64,000 nucleotides of DNA from Caecitellus pseudoparvulus. Its lineage: Eukaryota > Protista > Bigyra: Bicosoecida. The stretch's first letter is position 1. Each line of letters begins with the position of its first letter. The notes beneath the pieces are model-generated. The model was given only the letters and a program-made list of their open reading frames with translations, had not been told where the DNA came from and ran no database searches. Below are positions 33,531 to 43,446 of the stretch, one piece after another. Where the stretch lies: the NCBI GenBank assembly GCA_965644315.1, contig CBFFRQ010000073.1, positions 1 to 64,000 on the forward strand, written 5' to 3'. The position numbers and the translations under genes are program-made.

Positions 33531-35339
33531 CTATGCCTCCGGCGTCTCCTTCTCCACCTCGGTCTCGCCGTCACTCTCTCCGTCTTCCCGCGCTGCAGCC
33601 GCCGCTGTGGCGATGGACTTACCAGTGCCCGAGCGTGTGAGGGCGCTCAGGTGGTTTTGGGCCAGGGTCGCGCACAGCATGCAGGCTGAGCAGACAGTGA
33701 AGACGGCTGTGGAGGAAAACTTGCCAATGTTCACGAGCACCAGCATGACGACGATGTTGAGGCCGACACGGAAGATGTTCATGAGCGTGGAGCGAATCTC
33801 CTCTGGCACGTGCTCCGAGCGCTGGATGCCGACGAGGGGGAAGTACAGCCCACACACCACCTCGAAGCCGCAAAAGGCCAAGAGCAATACATGGGGACTG
33901 CCCGCCACGAAGATGGGCGCAGTGAGCAGCATCGTGGCTGCTGCGAAGGCCAGCGTCGCCAGGTCTTCCACACGCAGGGATTTCAGGAGCGGGGCGACGG
34001 ACCGCGAGCCCAGCATAATGCATGCCATGAAGGAAGCGAAGATGAGGCCGTGTGGGACGAGCTCGGCGTCCACGTCCGCATCAGGGTCGGACGCAAGCAA
34101 TGCGGACTTGGCAGCGCCCTCCAGCGCAGGCGTCCACATGAACACGAAGATGAACATGGCCCCCTCGTACAAGGACTGAATGATGGCAAGCATGGCGATC
34201 TTCTGGTCTGCGGTGGGGTGGGCGGAGAAGTAGCGGCACGCGGTGCAGCAGGTGCTGCAGGCATCGCGGCGCCAGCGCTGGGCACGCACTGCTGGCGATG
34301 GCTTGCAGGCCAGCCTTGAAGCCGGAAATGGCCCCACTGAAAGAAGTAGCCCCCACTGAGGCAGTGCCAGTGTTCTCTTCCCAGGTGAAAGTGACGAGGG
34401 CCAAGACGCCCACCAGGACAAGAGAGGCCAGGTCGAATGGGGCCACAGGCCCGGCAACCTGGTTTGCCAAGGAGGCCAGCAGTCCAGCCAAGATGGCAGC
34501 GACTCCAGAGCTGAAAGTCATCAGGGTGAAGGTCTGGTTCAGCCACTCCTTGGGGTACACGGCCTTGTTGTGTGCGCTGACCATCCACGACTCAAAGGAC
34601 TGCGCAGGGGTGGGCACACGCGAACGGGCGGCGGTGGTGGATGGTTCCCCGCTGGCGTCTCGCATGGCACTCACGGAGGACAAGATGGAGGTGGCGATGC
34701 CGCCCAAGATGCGACCGAGCATGAGAACGTGGAAGTTGTTGAAGTGCTTGGTGATGCAGGACGCCATGTAGAACACCGCAAACAGCTTGCAGTTCAGCGC
34801 CCGTCCAAACTTGTCACCCAAGCCAGCCACGACTGTCCCAAGCATCAGACTCGCACCAAAGCCAGCAATGAACTGAGCAACGTGCGCGAGTGCAACGGTG
34901 GGTTTGGGCAAGGCTGCCTGCAGTGCCCTCGCTCCCGTGGCAGCCGAAAGCGGCGCTAGCTGGCAGACGTTTCAATGTGAAACGCCTGGCACCCACTCCA
35001 AACTGTTACTCACCAGAATGCCAATGTCCTCCTGACTGAAGCCGTACGTCGCATACAAAGCATACACGTACGGTCCCTGTGAAACAAGAGCGGCAGCGGG
35101 GCAGGGTCCGTGCTCTCAGCAACGGCTTGCAGTTTGCAAAGGCGGCGCACCTGGAGCCAGTCAGAAAGGGATGCAAGGAAGTACACAGCCAGGAAACTGC
35201 GTTGGAACTTCTTGAAGTCATCTGTCGTCGTATCTGAGGACGTGCCACGGTTCTGTGCGTACACGACGCCGGCACAGGCCATGGCAAGGGCGCCAAACAC
35301 GACGAGGTAGAACCCCGTGTCGCTTCCACTGGACAGCAT
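33531..35339 (-). CDS. MFS molybdate-anion transporter (MFSD5/MOT2 family); multi-exon
   Basis: FKKFQRSFLAVYFL...DWLQ|GPYVYALY, LMLGRILGGIATSIL, FESWMV..H, QSLYEGAMFIFVFMWTP, PHGLIFASFM, RSTLMNIFRV. Confidence 0.92.
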
Positions 35340-35601
35340 GCTGAACGGCTGTTCAAACTGGGCCACAACCTGCGCACCACGGCACAGCACAAGCAGGAAA
35401 GTGCGAGCTGGCGCTTGCAGGCAAAACACACTTTCTCTGCTGTAGTGCACAGCAGGGGAGTTTTTGTGACTGCACCTTGAATTGCCACAGTCTCGCGCCA
35501 GGTCCGCTACACAGCTGTACCAAGCCAGGGTCCGCGGAGCGTGCCCTTCTCGCTCAAAGCCTTGTACGAGCTTGCATTAGTGCATCGGGCTGCTGATACT
35601 A

Positions 35602-36306
35602 ATGGCCAAGGAGAGCCTGTGGTCTGAAACGTGGCCCCTGATCAAGGCGCTGGCTCTGGTGGGCATGACGCAGGCCTACGTTGGCGAAATCACCGTGGTG
35701 CGGAAATCACTTCCCAACACATCGCGCTTGCTGCGCTCCGCTGGCCAACGTGTATCGCCCACAACGTCGCAGAGCCAAGGGCCATCCATGCTACCAACGC
35801 TGCAGCAGACTGGTGACATTCTGTTTGTCGACAAGCTTTCACCTCGCTGGCGCCCCATCCAGCGTGACGAAATCGTGGTGGCTGCGTCCCCCCACAAACT
35901 AGGCGAGGCCGTCTGCAAGCGTGTACTGGCCTTGGTGAGCCCTTCACACACAGCACGCGACACCGACTTCAACCTGCATTCTGCTGCACCTGTTGTGGTC
36001 CTTCACAGGAGGGCGACGTTGTCACAGTTGGCGGGTCCAGCATGAGAGTGCGGGTGAGAGCTGCTGACTCGCGCGCCTCCCAGCCCGCCATGCCGCGGCA
36101 CCACTTTGGCTAACAACGGCCCGCAGATCCCCCCTGGACACGTTTGGCTGGAGGGTGACAACAAAAGCAACAGCACAGACTCTCGGAAGTATGGGCCTGT
36201 ACCGCTGGCGCTGGTCAAGGGCCGCGTCATCGGTCGCATGTGGCCTCCCCAAGATGCCTGCTGGTTTGGGCCTTCCAGCCCAGAGCCCTTGCAGGCTGAG
36301 CGGTGA
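35602..36306 (+). CDS. IMP1: Mitochondrial inner-membrane peptidase subunit 1 (S26); about 4 exons
   Basis: GPSMLPT (catalytic Ser), VCKRV (catalytic Lys), [30 protein letters not shown]. Confidence 0.9.
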
Positions 36307-36469
36307 GCAGAGGACCTGCACAGCGAAGGACCCGTGCAGGCTCTGGGGCCAGTGGTGGGAAAGACGGGCACCCCCCCGTGCCCACGGCGCGCCAGGCAGG
36401 CATCGCCACGACCTCCACATAATGAAGACATGCATGGCACTTTGAGGGCCAGGCTTGGCGCTGGGCAGA

Positions 36470-36991
36470 CTAGTCGTACTGCTGCCGCAGCACCATCTCT
36501 TCCTCGCTCCGCCACACGCGGAAATCTTCACCGACGCCACTCTGGCCATTCATGCGCTGGTGCTTCACCCTGTCCTTTGCAGACACCTTGTCCTTCTTCG
36601 GTCCAGATTTGGAGACTGCTGCAGCCGCCGCTGCGGCGGCCGTGGCAGCTTCGGCGGCGGACGCTTGCAGCTCCGACCTGCGGCTGGACTTGGCACGGTG
36701 CGCATTTGAGGAAGGTTCCGGCTCAGGTGCGGGAAGTTCACGTTTTCTGACATTGGAGGCCAGCTTGTATCCGGCTCCTGTTCCGTCCTCCTTGTCCCTC
36801 GCAGCATCCACGTGGGTGGACTTCAAGAATGCAGGGCCACCAGCGTCATCTGCAGCATCCAGCAAGTCTGCCGCTGTAGGCAGCACGGGGCTACCTTTTC
36901 GGCCAGATTCCTTTTTGTTTGGGCACGAGGCTGGGCTGTGTATTGAGCCTTCGCTATCGCTGCTGTCTGAGGAGTATGCCACAAGCGCCAT
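36470..36991 (-). CDS. Small conserved hypothetical protein (173 aa)
   Basis: N-terminal LVAYSSDSSDSE and C-terminal KDRVKHQRMNGQS...WRSEEEMVLRQQYD, resembling an uncharacterised eukaryotic family that ends in WKSExEMxLRQQ(F/Y)D. Confidence 0.7.
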   Translation of the reverse strand: MALVAYSSDSSDSEGSIHSPASCPNKKESGRKGSPVLPTAADLLDAADDAGGPAFLKSTHVDAARDKEDGTGAGYKLASNVRKRELPAPEPEPSSNAHRAKSSRRSELQASAAEAATAAAAAAAAVSKSGPKKDKVSAKDRVKHQRMNGQSGVGEDFRVWRSEEEMVLRQQYD

Positions 36992-37376
36992 TTCGGACGA
37001 GTTTCATGCGCGTTTCGGCTTCGCATGGCAGCCGGTAGGAGCGCGTGTGGGGAGTGTGATGCCCGATTCGGGCGTGGTGTATTAATTGTCCGTGGGAATG
37101 GGCAGTGCTGGCTGTGCAGTTGCGCGGGTGGCCCTCATGCCTTGGCAAGGGGCTCTCTACATGTGCGCTCCAGCTCCACAGCATTTGCACGATGACTGTA
37201 ACTTCCAACTTCCTCCAAATGCAAACCCAATCACTTGCAGGTTGGCTGAAACGCGCGCTGACCACTTGCTTGTGGAAGGGTCCCAGTCAAGTGGGCGGCT
37301 CGTTGGGCGAGCGGTCGTGTGTCGCAGACGCAACACGCCTTGCCACCCTCTCTCCACGGGAACCCTGCACCTCAGT

Positions 37377-40300
37377 ATGGACGGGGCAAGCGTGTACAGG
37401 GAGCCTGACCAGGGTCTGGTTTTTCATCCCGCAGCGTCAGCTGGACACGCACCCTGTCCCGCGTTTGTCGATGCCACCGCCGTTTGCCAGGGTTGCGGGT
37501 TCTTAGGAGGGCTGGTCTTCATGACCGGCCTGGGCGTGAAGGTCTGCCCCATGTGCGCCTGGGCGATGCCAGCGCAGGGGGCTGGCCCCAGTGTGTACCT
37601 CGGAGCATTTCATCCCACCGCGGGTGGCCTCACCATATTTCTATCGTACGGGCATGACGGGCTGACAGACGTGTCCCGCCACCTCACGAGAGTGTTGAAG
37701 AAGCGGGGGCACTCCGTGTGGTTCGACGAGACGTCCCTAACGTCAGGCTGCGACTGGGCGCGAGAGATGGCGGCAGGCCTCTCCAATGCGCGCGCTGCAG
37801 GCCCCCGAGGGCGCGTCATCGCCATGCTGGCCCAGCACGGCTTCCGGCGCAAGGATGGCATGGCCCAGGGGTACTGCCACCGGGAGGTGGCGGAAGCCTG
37901 CCAGACCATGCCTCAGTACCTCCTGCCCATCATGCTGGAAGACATGGAGCCGCCTGCCTGCCTGCGCTCCATGCAAGCCCACTTCTTCGACATGCGGGGT
38001 GTCCTGACGGCGCGAGCATCACCCCCTCACCCCAAAGCCTCCCCCCCTTGGGGTGGCGGCGGTCTGACCCCCGAGGAGTGGCAGGCCTTCCTGACCAGGG
38101 ATCCAGGCATGATCACTGCCGTGAATTCCATCGTGTCCATGCTGGAGACAGGCCACTTTGGCCCGCCACTGGTCCCTGAATCCCTGTGGTGTGAAATGGC
38201 AGCAGGGACAGGAGCTGCTGCAGCGGGTGCGGGGGCAGCTGCGGCGGCAGAGGCCGCGGAGCTGGAAGGGGCCAAGGAGAAGCCAAGAATCTTCATTTCC
38301 TGCGACTCCAAGGCTGCTGCTGTCGGGCAGTACATCGCTACCTACCTTCACGGCGCTGACTATGAAGTGGCCTTCGATGCCGAGGTGGCTTCGTGGGGTG
38401 ACGAGCGGGGGCAGGCCTTTCGTGAGGTGCGGCGGGCATACTTGAAGTCGGCTATTTTTTGGACGGCAGGCAAGACCAACAGCTGGGGCGCGTATAAAGC
38501 TCGGCGGGACGAGCTGCTGGGCGCAGCGTCCGCTGAAGCCCGGGGAGGAGGAGGGGACCCAACACCCACCGGCGTGTCAGGATCCCCCCTTGCTGCCGAC
38601 GACGCAGATGACACGGGGGCAGCTGTGCGACAGGGCTCCACCAAGGCCTGTGAGGCGCCAGTGACCAAGCCTGGCAAGTGCCTCTTCATCATGACTCGCG
38701 ACTCTGTCCTCAGGTCCGAGGCGCCGGGTTCCAACAAGTCCGGGCAGTGCAAGGACGAGTTTGACCTGGCCTTCTCCAAGGGCATCTCCTTCATCCCCTT
38801 GAAAGCGGAGGAGTGCACGGCCCCACTCTCCATCGTCGGATTGCAGTACCTGTCGCTGTCGCGGGCTGTGGAGCGGGACGCCGCTGGCGCGCTGGTGGTG
38901 AAGGAAGAGGCGTTCGCCGCCGTGCTGCCGCAAATCTTGAAAGGCCTCACCGGCTCCCTCGCCTCCGAAGGTGAGCAACTGGTGAAGTCCAACCGCATCA
39001 GGCGCGGCTTGCAGCCATGCGACTACAAGGCGTACTTGGAGCAGTGCTTGGGGCGCATGTTCTTCCCACCCCCCTCGTGTGTGAGCCGCGCCGAAGAGTG
39101 GCTTGCGGCCGCCTCTGCACGGGCGAAGAGCGTCGTGGCTAGCTCCACAAGCAGTGCCTCGATTCTCCGTGGTGCGAGCGTGATGGTGGTGCAGGGGCCA
39201 GTGGGGACCGGCAAGACCGCCTTCGTGCGGCACCTGGCTGACGAGTGGGGCGCCGTGCGTGCACAGCACATTGCTGCAGAGGGGGATGACGCCAAGCTGT
39301 CTGCGCTGCGGGCCATCTCCAGCATTGCATACCAGCTCACGCGGGCCTTCCCGTCCCTGACTGAGATGCTACTCAAGGACTCCTTCTTGGAGAAGCGCCT
39401 ACCGACGCTGACGGCCAGGCGGTGGTTTAAAGACCTCTTCATTGAGAAGCTGCAGCAAGCGGTCGTGTGGGAGCCACTCGGTGAGGGCAAGGAGCCCCCT
39501 CTTGTCATCGTCATGGTGGACGGCGTGGACTTGATGGTGGATGCTGACAGCGAGGACAAGGTGAACACCTTCTTGGAGTGCTTGATGCAGTTCGCCGAGG
39601 ACATGCCAGCCAACGTCGCATTCCTGCTCACTTGCCGCAGCACGTCCTATTGCGACCCACACTTTGGTACGCTGGAGTCTTTGCTGGCAAGGCTGCACAC
39701 CAAGGGCGCCGCAACGTCCATGCTGCCGATGATGGACCCAGCCGGTGCGAGTGAGCGGGAGGACTGCATTCGCAAGTACCTCAGGGATGCCCTTCCGAAG
39801 GCGGTGCCCCCTCCCGCCCCGACGGATGGTGGTGGTCTGGCTCTAGGAAGCCATGGGACACCCACACCAGACCCATTGTCGAGGCAGGAGCAGGGCTCAA
39901 GCCTCACGCGAGAACGGCGCCAGAGCTCTGTGCTGGCCGAGCTGGGCGTTGGAGCCTCAAGCATGCTCGAGGCAGACGGTCCTTGGGCTTCGCAGGTTGC
40001 CAAGGCCACCGACTGCATCGTGCAGCGCTCGGAGGGCGTCTTTTTGTACGCTGTTCAGATCATCAGAGACCTCAAGTCCGGAACAAATCTTTCCCTCAGC
40101 CGCCCTGAAGACTTCCCTTGGGGCCTCCAGAACATGCACCGGGTACTGCTGACACAGGCATTCAAGCCAGAGGACAAACTCAGCGAGACCCTGAGCGGCA
40201 AAGTACTTGCAGTGCTGGGCGCCACTCGAGAGCCCATGAAGCTGCAGCAGCTGGCGAAGATTCTTGGGACGAAACTCAGCGACGTTGATCATGCTGTGTC

Positions 40301-41849
40301 GAAGCTCCAACCATTGCTCCGGTACCGCGACGACGGCGTCGTGCCCGCGCATGGGAGGGTGCTTCCGTGGTTCGAGTCACCTGAAGCTGGGCGCTTCAAG
40401 ACCTTCCCCGCACACGGCCACACGTGGATCATACAGTGGTGCTTGACCGCAATCAGAAGTGAGGAGAGCATGAAGAGCATGTCCGTCCCTACCAGCTATG
40501 CTGTTCGGCACTTGGAAGCGCACTGTGGGCTCGCTCACGACGAGACTGTCGTTGCGGAAGCGCGACAGCTGATGAAGTCCAAGGAGTTTCTTCAAAAGTA
40601 CAGGACCCAGCTTGTTGGCGATCAAGGCATGTCCGCATTTTACCACGATTTCCCACCCAAAGCTGGGCGGGAGCGCTCTGAGGCGATTTTGCGCGGAAAG
40701 CCCGAAGGCTCATTCCTCATGCGCAACACGTCGGATGACCAGCTCTGCATCAGCTTGCAGGTGAACCAGAATGCTAGACTGTACACACAGCACTTGAAGA
40801 TCCTTCCCACAGTCCTGCCTGCAGATTCACAAGAGCTTCTTCGCGTGTTCAGCCAGCTGCGCTCCAAGTTTGATATGCTGATCAGTCAGGGGTGGCCGCC
40901 ACGCGCCACGGAGGGCCCCCTTGCAACGGAGATGGCTGAATTGTTGCAGCATGCAGCCCAAGAAACCATGTACTGCACCCAGCCTCTGTTGGGCATCCTT
41001 GACGAGCATCGCAGACTGGGTCTGGCAACTGTTGACGAAGCCTTCCTCAGCCAGTTCGTGTTCCCGAATGCCGTGTCGCTGGTGCAGCACTACATGGAAA
41101 TGGGCACGCTGCTTTGGCCAGTTGCACCGCAGGCGCAAGTCCCTCAGGTGGATGGTGGCTACACAACTGCGAGCACGATGGCTGAGGTGCGGGGCAGTGC
41201 GTTCCCTCCGCCGGTGCCAGGCAACCCTCCTGGCCCACCCCAAGCCGCGGCCCACTCCAGCCATGGCAGCCAGTTCCGGGCTGATTCCGAGCCACAATGG
41301 GTCCCAACAGGTCCCAGTGCAGCCTCTTCGACGTATGACGCTGCGTATGCCCCCTCAAACTGCCCTGGCTCCTTTCCCGGCCAGCTTCCCCCCCCCGGCG
41401 CAGCAGCACCAGCCGCAACGGGCATGGCCCCGCCGGCGTTCATGTCGACACGGTCACAGGCGCCAAGTCAAGGCACGCGGGGTCCGCCGGCATTTGCATC
41501 GATGCGTTCACAAGCGCCAGGCCAAGGCATGCGGAGTCCGCCGGCGTTCATGTCGACACGGTCACAAGCGCCAGGCCAAGGCACGCGGGGTCCACCGGCA
41601 TTTGCGTCGACAAGGTCGCAAGCGCCAGGCCAAGGCATGCAGGGACAGTTTGGGACGGGAGTGCAGCACCATGCTCACACCGCTGCCTCGACGTATGACG
41701 CTGGGGGATTCGGGCAGCCGCTGGCAGCGCCAGGGCAGGGCGCTCCGGGCGGCAGCATCCCCTGGCATGGCACAGGCCCAGCTGTCCCATTTGGGGACCA
41801 GTCGAGCACCCAGGAAGACCAGCCGGGATCTCAGTCAATGTTCCGATAA
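37377..41849 (+). CDS. NLR-like protein: CxxC..CxxC Zn-ribbon, TIR, TIR, STAND/NACHT-like NTPase with winged helix, SH2, Pro/Gly/Gln-rich tail (ORF open from 37086)
   Basis: TIR1 IFLSYGHD..LKKRGHSVWFD..GCDW..YCHREV; TIR2 IFISCDS..CLFIMT..QCKDEFDLA..FIPL; Walker A GPVGTGKT; AISSIAYQL; Walker B IVMVDGVD; FLLTCR; RSEGVFLYA; SH2 FYH..RERSEAILRGKPEGSFLMRNTS..LCISL..HLKI...FPNAVSLVQHY. Confidence 0.88.
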   Translation: MDGASVYREPDQGLVFHPAASAGHAPCPAFVDATAVCQGCGFLGGLVFMTGLGVKVCPMCAWAMPAQGAGPSVYLGAFHPTAGGLTIFLSYGHDGLTDVSRHLTRVLKKRGHSVWFDETSLTSGCDWAREMAAGLSNARAAGPRGRVIAMLAQHGFRRKDGMAQGYCHREVAEACQTMPQYLLPIMLEDMEPPACLRSMQAHFFDMRGVLTARASPPHPKASPPWGGGGLTPEEWQAFLTRDPGMITAVNSIVSMLETGHFGPPLVPESLWCEMAAGTGAAAAGAGAAAAAEAAELEGAKEKPRIFISCDSKAAAVGQYIATYLHGADYEVAFDAEVASWGDERGQAFREVRRAYLKSAIFWTAGKTNSWGAYKARRDELLGAASAEARGGGGDPTPTGVSGSPLAADDADDTGAAVRQGSTKACEAPVTKPGKCLFIMTRDSVLRSEAPGSNKSGQCKDEFDLAFSKGISFIPLKAEECTAPLSIVGLQYLSLSRAVERDAAGALVVKEEAFAAVLPQILKGLTGSLASEGEQLVKSNRIRRGLQPCDYKAYLEQCLGRMFFPPPSCVSRAEEWLAAASARAKSVVASSTSSASILRGASVMVVQGPVGTGKTAFVRHLADEWGAVRAQHIAAEGDDAKLSALRAISSIAYQLTRAFPSLTEMLLKDSFLEKRLPTLTARRWFKDLFIEKLQQAVVWEPLGEGKEPPLVIVMVDGVDLMVDADSEDKVNTFLECLMQFAEDMPANVAFLLTCRSTSYCDPHFGTLESLLARLHTKGAATSMLPMMDPAGASEREDCIRKYLRDALPKAVPPPAPTDGGGLALGSHGTPTPDPLSRQEQGSSLTRERRQSSVLAELGVGASSMLEADGPWASQVAKATDCIVQRSEGVFLYAVQIIRDLKSGTNLSLSRPEDFPWGLQNMHRVLLTQAFKPEDKLSETLSGKVLAVLGATREPMKLQQLAKILGTKLSDVDHAVSKLQPLLRYRDDGVVPAHGRVLPWFESPEAGRFKTFPAHGHTWIIQWCLTAIRSEESMKSMSVPTSYAVRHLEAHCGLAHDETVVAEARQLMKSKEFLQKYRTQLVGDQGMSAFYHDFPPKAGRERSEAILRGKPEGSFLMRNTSDDQLCISLQVNQNARLYTQHLKILPTVLPADSQELLRVFSQLRSKFDMLISQGWPPRATEGPLATEMAELLQHAAQETMYCTQPLLGILDEHRRLGLATVDEAFLSQFVFPNAVSLVQHYMEMGTLLWPVAPQAQVPQVDGGYTTASTMAEVRGSAFPPPVPGNPPGPPQAAAHSSHGSQFRADSEPQWVPTGPSAASSTYDAAYAPSNCPGSFPGQLPPPGAAAPAATGMAPPAFMSTRSQAPSQGTRGPPAFASMRSQAPGQGMRSPPAFMSTRSQAPGQGTRGPPAFASTRSQAPGQGMQGQFGTGVQHHAHTAASTYDAGGFGQPLAAPGQGAPGGSIPWHGTGPAVPFGDQSSTQEDQPGSQSMFR
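41430..41645 (+). repeat. 54-nt (18-aa) coding tandem repeat, 4 copies in an A-B-A-B pattern
   Basis: [18 protein letters not shown] / PPAFASMRSQAPGQGMRS / PPAFMSTRSQAPGQGTRG / PPAFASTRSQAPGQGMQG; units start at 41430, 41484, 41538 and 41592. Confidence 0.95.
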
Positions 41850-42044
41850 AATTGAACCTTCCTGTCTCACTGTTGCACACAAGTCACGCGCCCCCAAGCT
41901 TCTGCTTGACCTGCCTTGTGTCCGACGCCAGGCTGTGCCGTCGATTCAATCGCACGCCAGCGGGGAGCACAGCTGGTCAGTGGGGGCGTATTGCCCGCCC
42001 AGGATTTGCACGTAGGACCTGGATCCTTGGTTGCGGTTTGCCAC

Positions 42045-43442
42045 ATGGCTGCCGGGCAGTCGGACGGCGACCATGAAGCCTTATTGCAAGAGGTGGCAGC
42101 AGTCCTTGCGGAAATTGGGACAGACTCGGCAAGTGGGGCGCAGGCATCCGTGACTGGAGAGGGCACAGCAGAGCAAGGGCAGCACCAAGGCGACACTGAA
42201 GGTGAAGACGGCAGCGCGTGCCCCGATTGGATGGGCCGCGCTCTGAAAGCAGAGGCTCAGGTGTCGTTGCTACAAGACCAAGCGTCAGCGGTCCGAGACT
42301 CGGTTCGTGACTTGGGTCGTCAGACTCGTGTGGCTTGCATTTCTGTGACTTGAGCCTCGGCCCCTTCGCAGTTCCGGCAGGAAAAACTTCACCTCGAGGG
42401 GCAGATCGAAAGCTTGCGAGACCAGGTCGAGATGCGAGAAAGCGACCTGGACCAGGCGTTCGCAACGCTGCTGCAGGCGGACGCAGAGCTACTGCGGTTG
42501 GCATCAGAGGCAGGCGAGCGAGCTGGGGGGGCAGGGGGCACCGCCGACGACGAAGCCATCCAGCAGCTGGAGAAAGATCTGGAAGCTGCGCGGTGGAAGG
42601 CAGACAACCTGGAGCGGCAGCTGGACAGCGCCCACTTCGAGCTGACCCGCCTGCGGGGAGAGGAGATGGCGTCGCCCACGGCAGCAGACTCCGCCGCCCC
42701 TTCGCGCTCGGACCTGGAGCGCATGGCCCACACTCTGACCCTTGCCGAGCTGAGGGAGCACTACGTGCGCCTGCAGCTGGAGGTGGCTGGCTCTCGCAGC
42801 ACCTTCGCCGAGAAGGACGCGGAGATCAAAGACCGCACAGAGGCACTGGTGAAGGCCAAGACGGAGCTGGCCCAGCTGCGCACCGAGGTGGGCAGCGTGG
42901 AGGCCGTGATCGAAGAGAACGAGCAGCTGCGCGCCATGCTGCTGGACACCAAGGCAGCTGCGGAGGAGGCCGCCCGCAGGCGGCCGTCAGCTGCGACACC
43001 CCCCAAGGGCAAGGTTTCCGGGCGAGGCAGTGGGGCAGGCCTGGCGGGCTCCTCTGCCTCCATCTCAGCGGAGAAGGGCGTGAGCTCCAACCCCCTCGCG
43101 TGGTTCTCCAGCTTTCTCGGGGGGGGGGCTGACAGCGACCCGCCTCGCACGCGCCGCCCCACGGTGTTTGGCGGGGCGGGCGCCGACGGCAGCGAGAGCC
43201 TCGAGGCTGAGCCACGCCGGCGCAGCACAGTGCGGGCGTCGCCACGCCCCACCCCGCCGCCATCGCCGGGACCAGAGGACGAGGGCTGGGGCGGGGAGGG
43301 GGCCGCGCCTCCCATGGCACCCCTGCCCGCCACCGCCGTGCCAGGCACAATCTCCAGCCCGGCTCACACAGAGGGCATGCCGGGTGCCGAGCATAGCAAG
43401 CCAGATGCAGGCGAGTTCTCCGACTCCGCTTCAGACAGCTGA
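42045..43442 (+). CDS. Coiled-coil protein of unknown function; probably one intron near 42290-42370
   Basis: Heptad-rich E/L/A/K/R stretches (IQQLEKDLEAARWKADNLERQL; LVKAKTELAQLRTEV) followed by a disordered tail. Confidence 0.6.
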
Positions 43443-43446
43443 CACG

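Noticed and set aside
41430-41645. 54-nt repeats as a possible CRISPR array
   Set aside because: They are contiguous in-frame coding repeats with no unique spacers and no cas genes, in a eukaryotic context.
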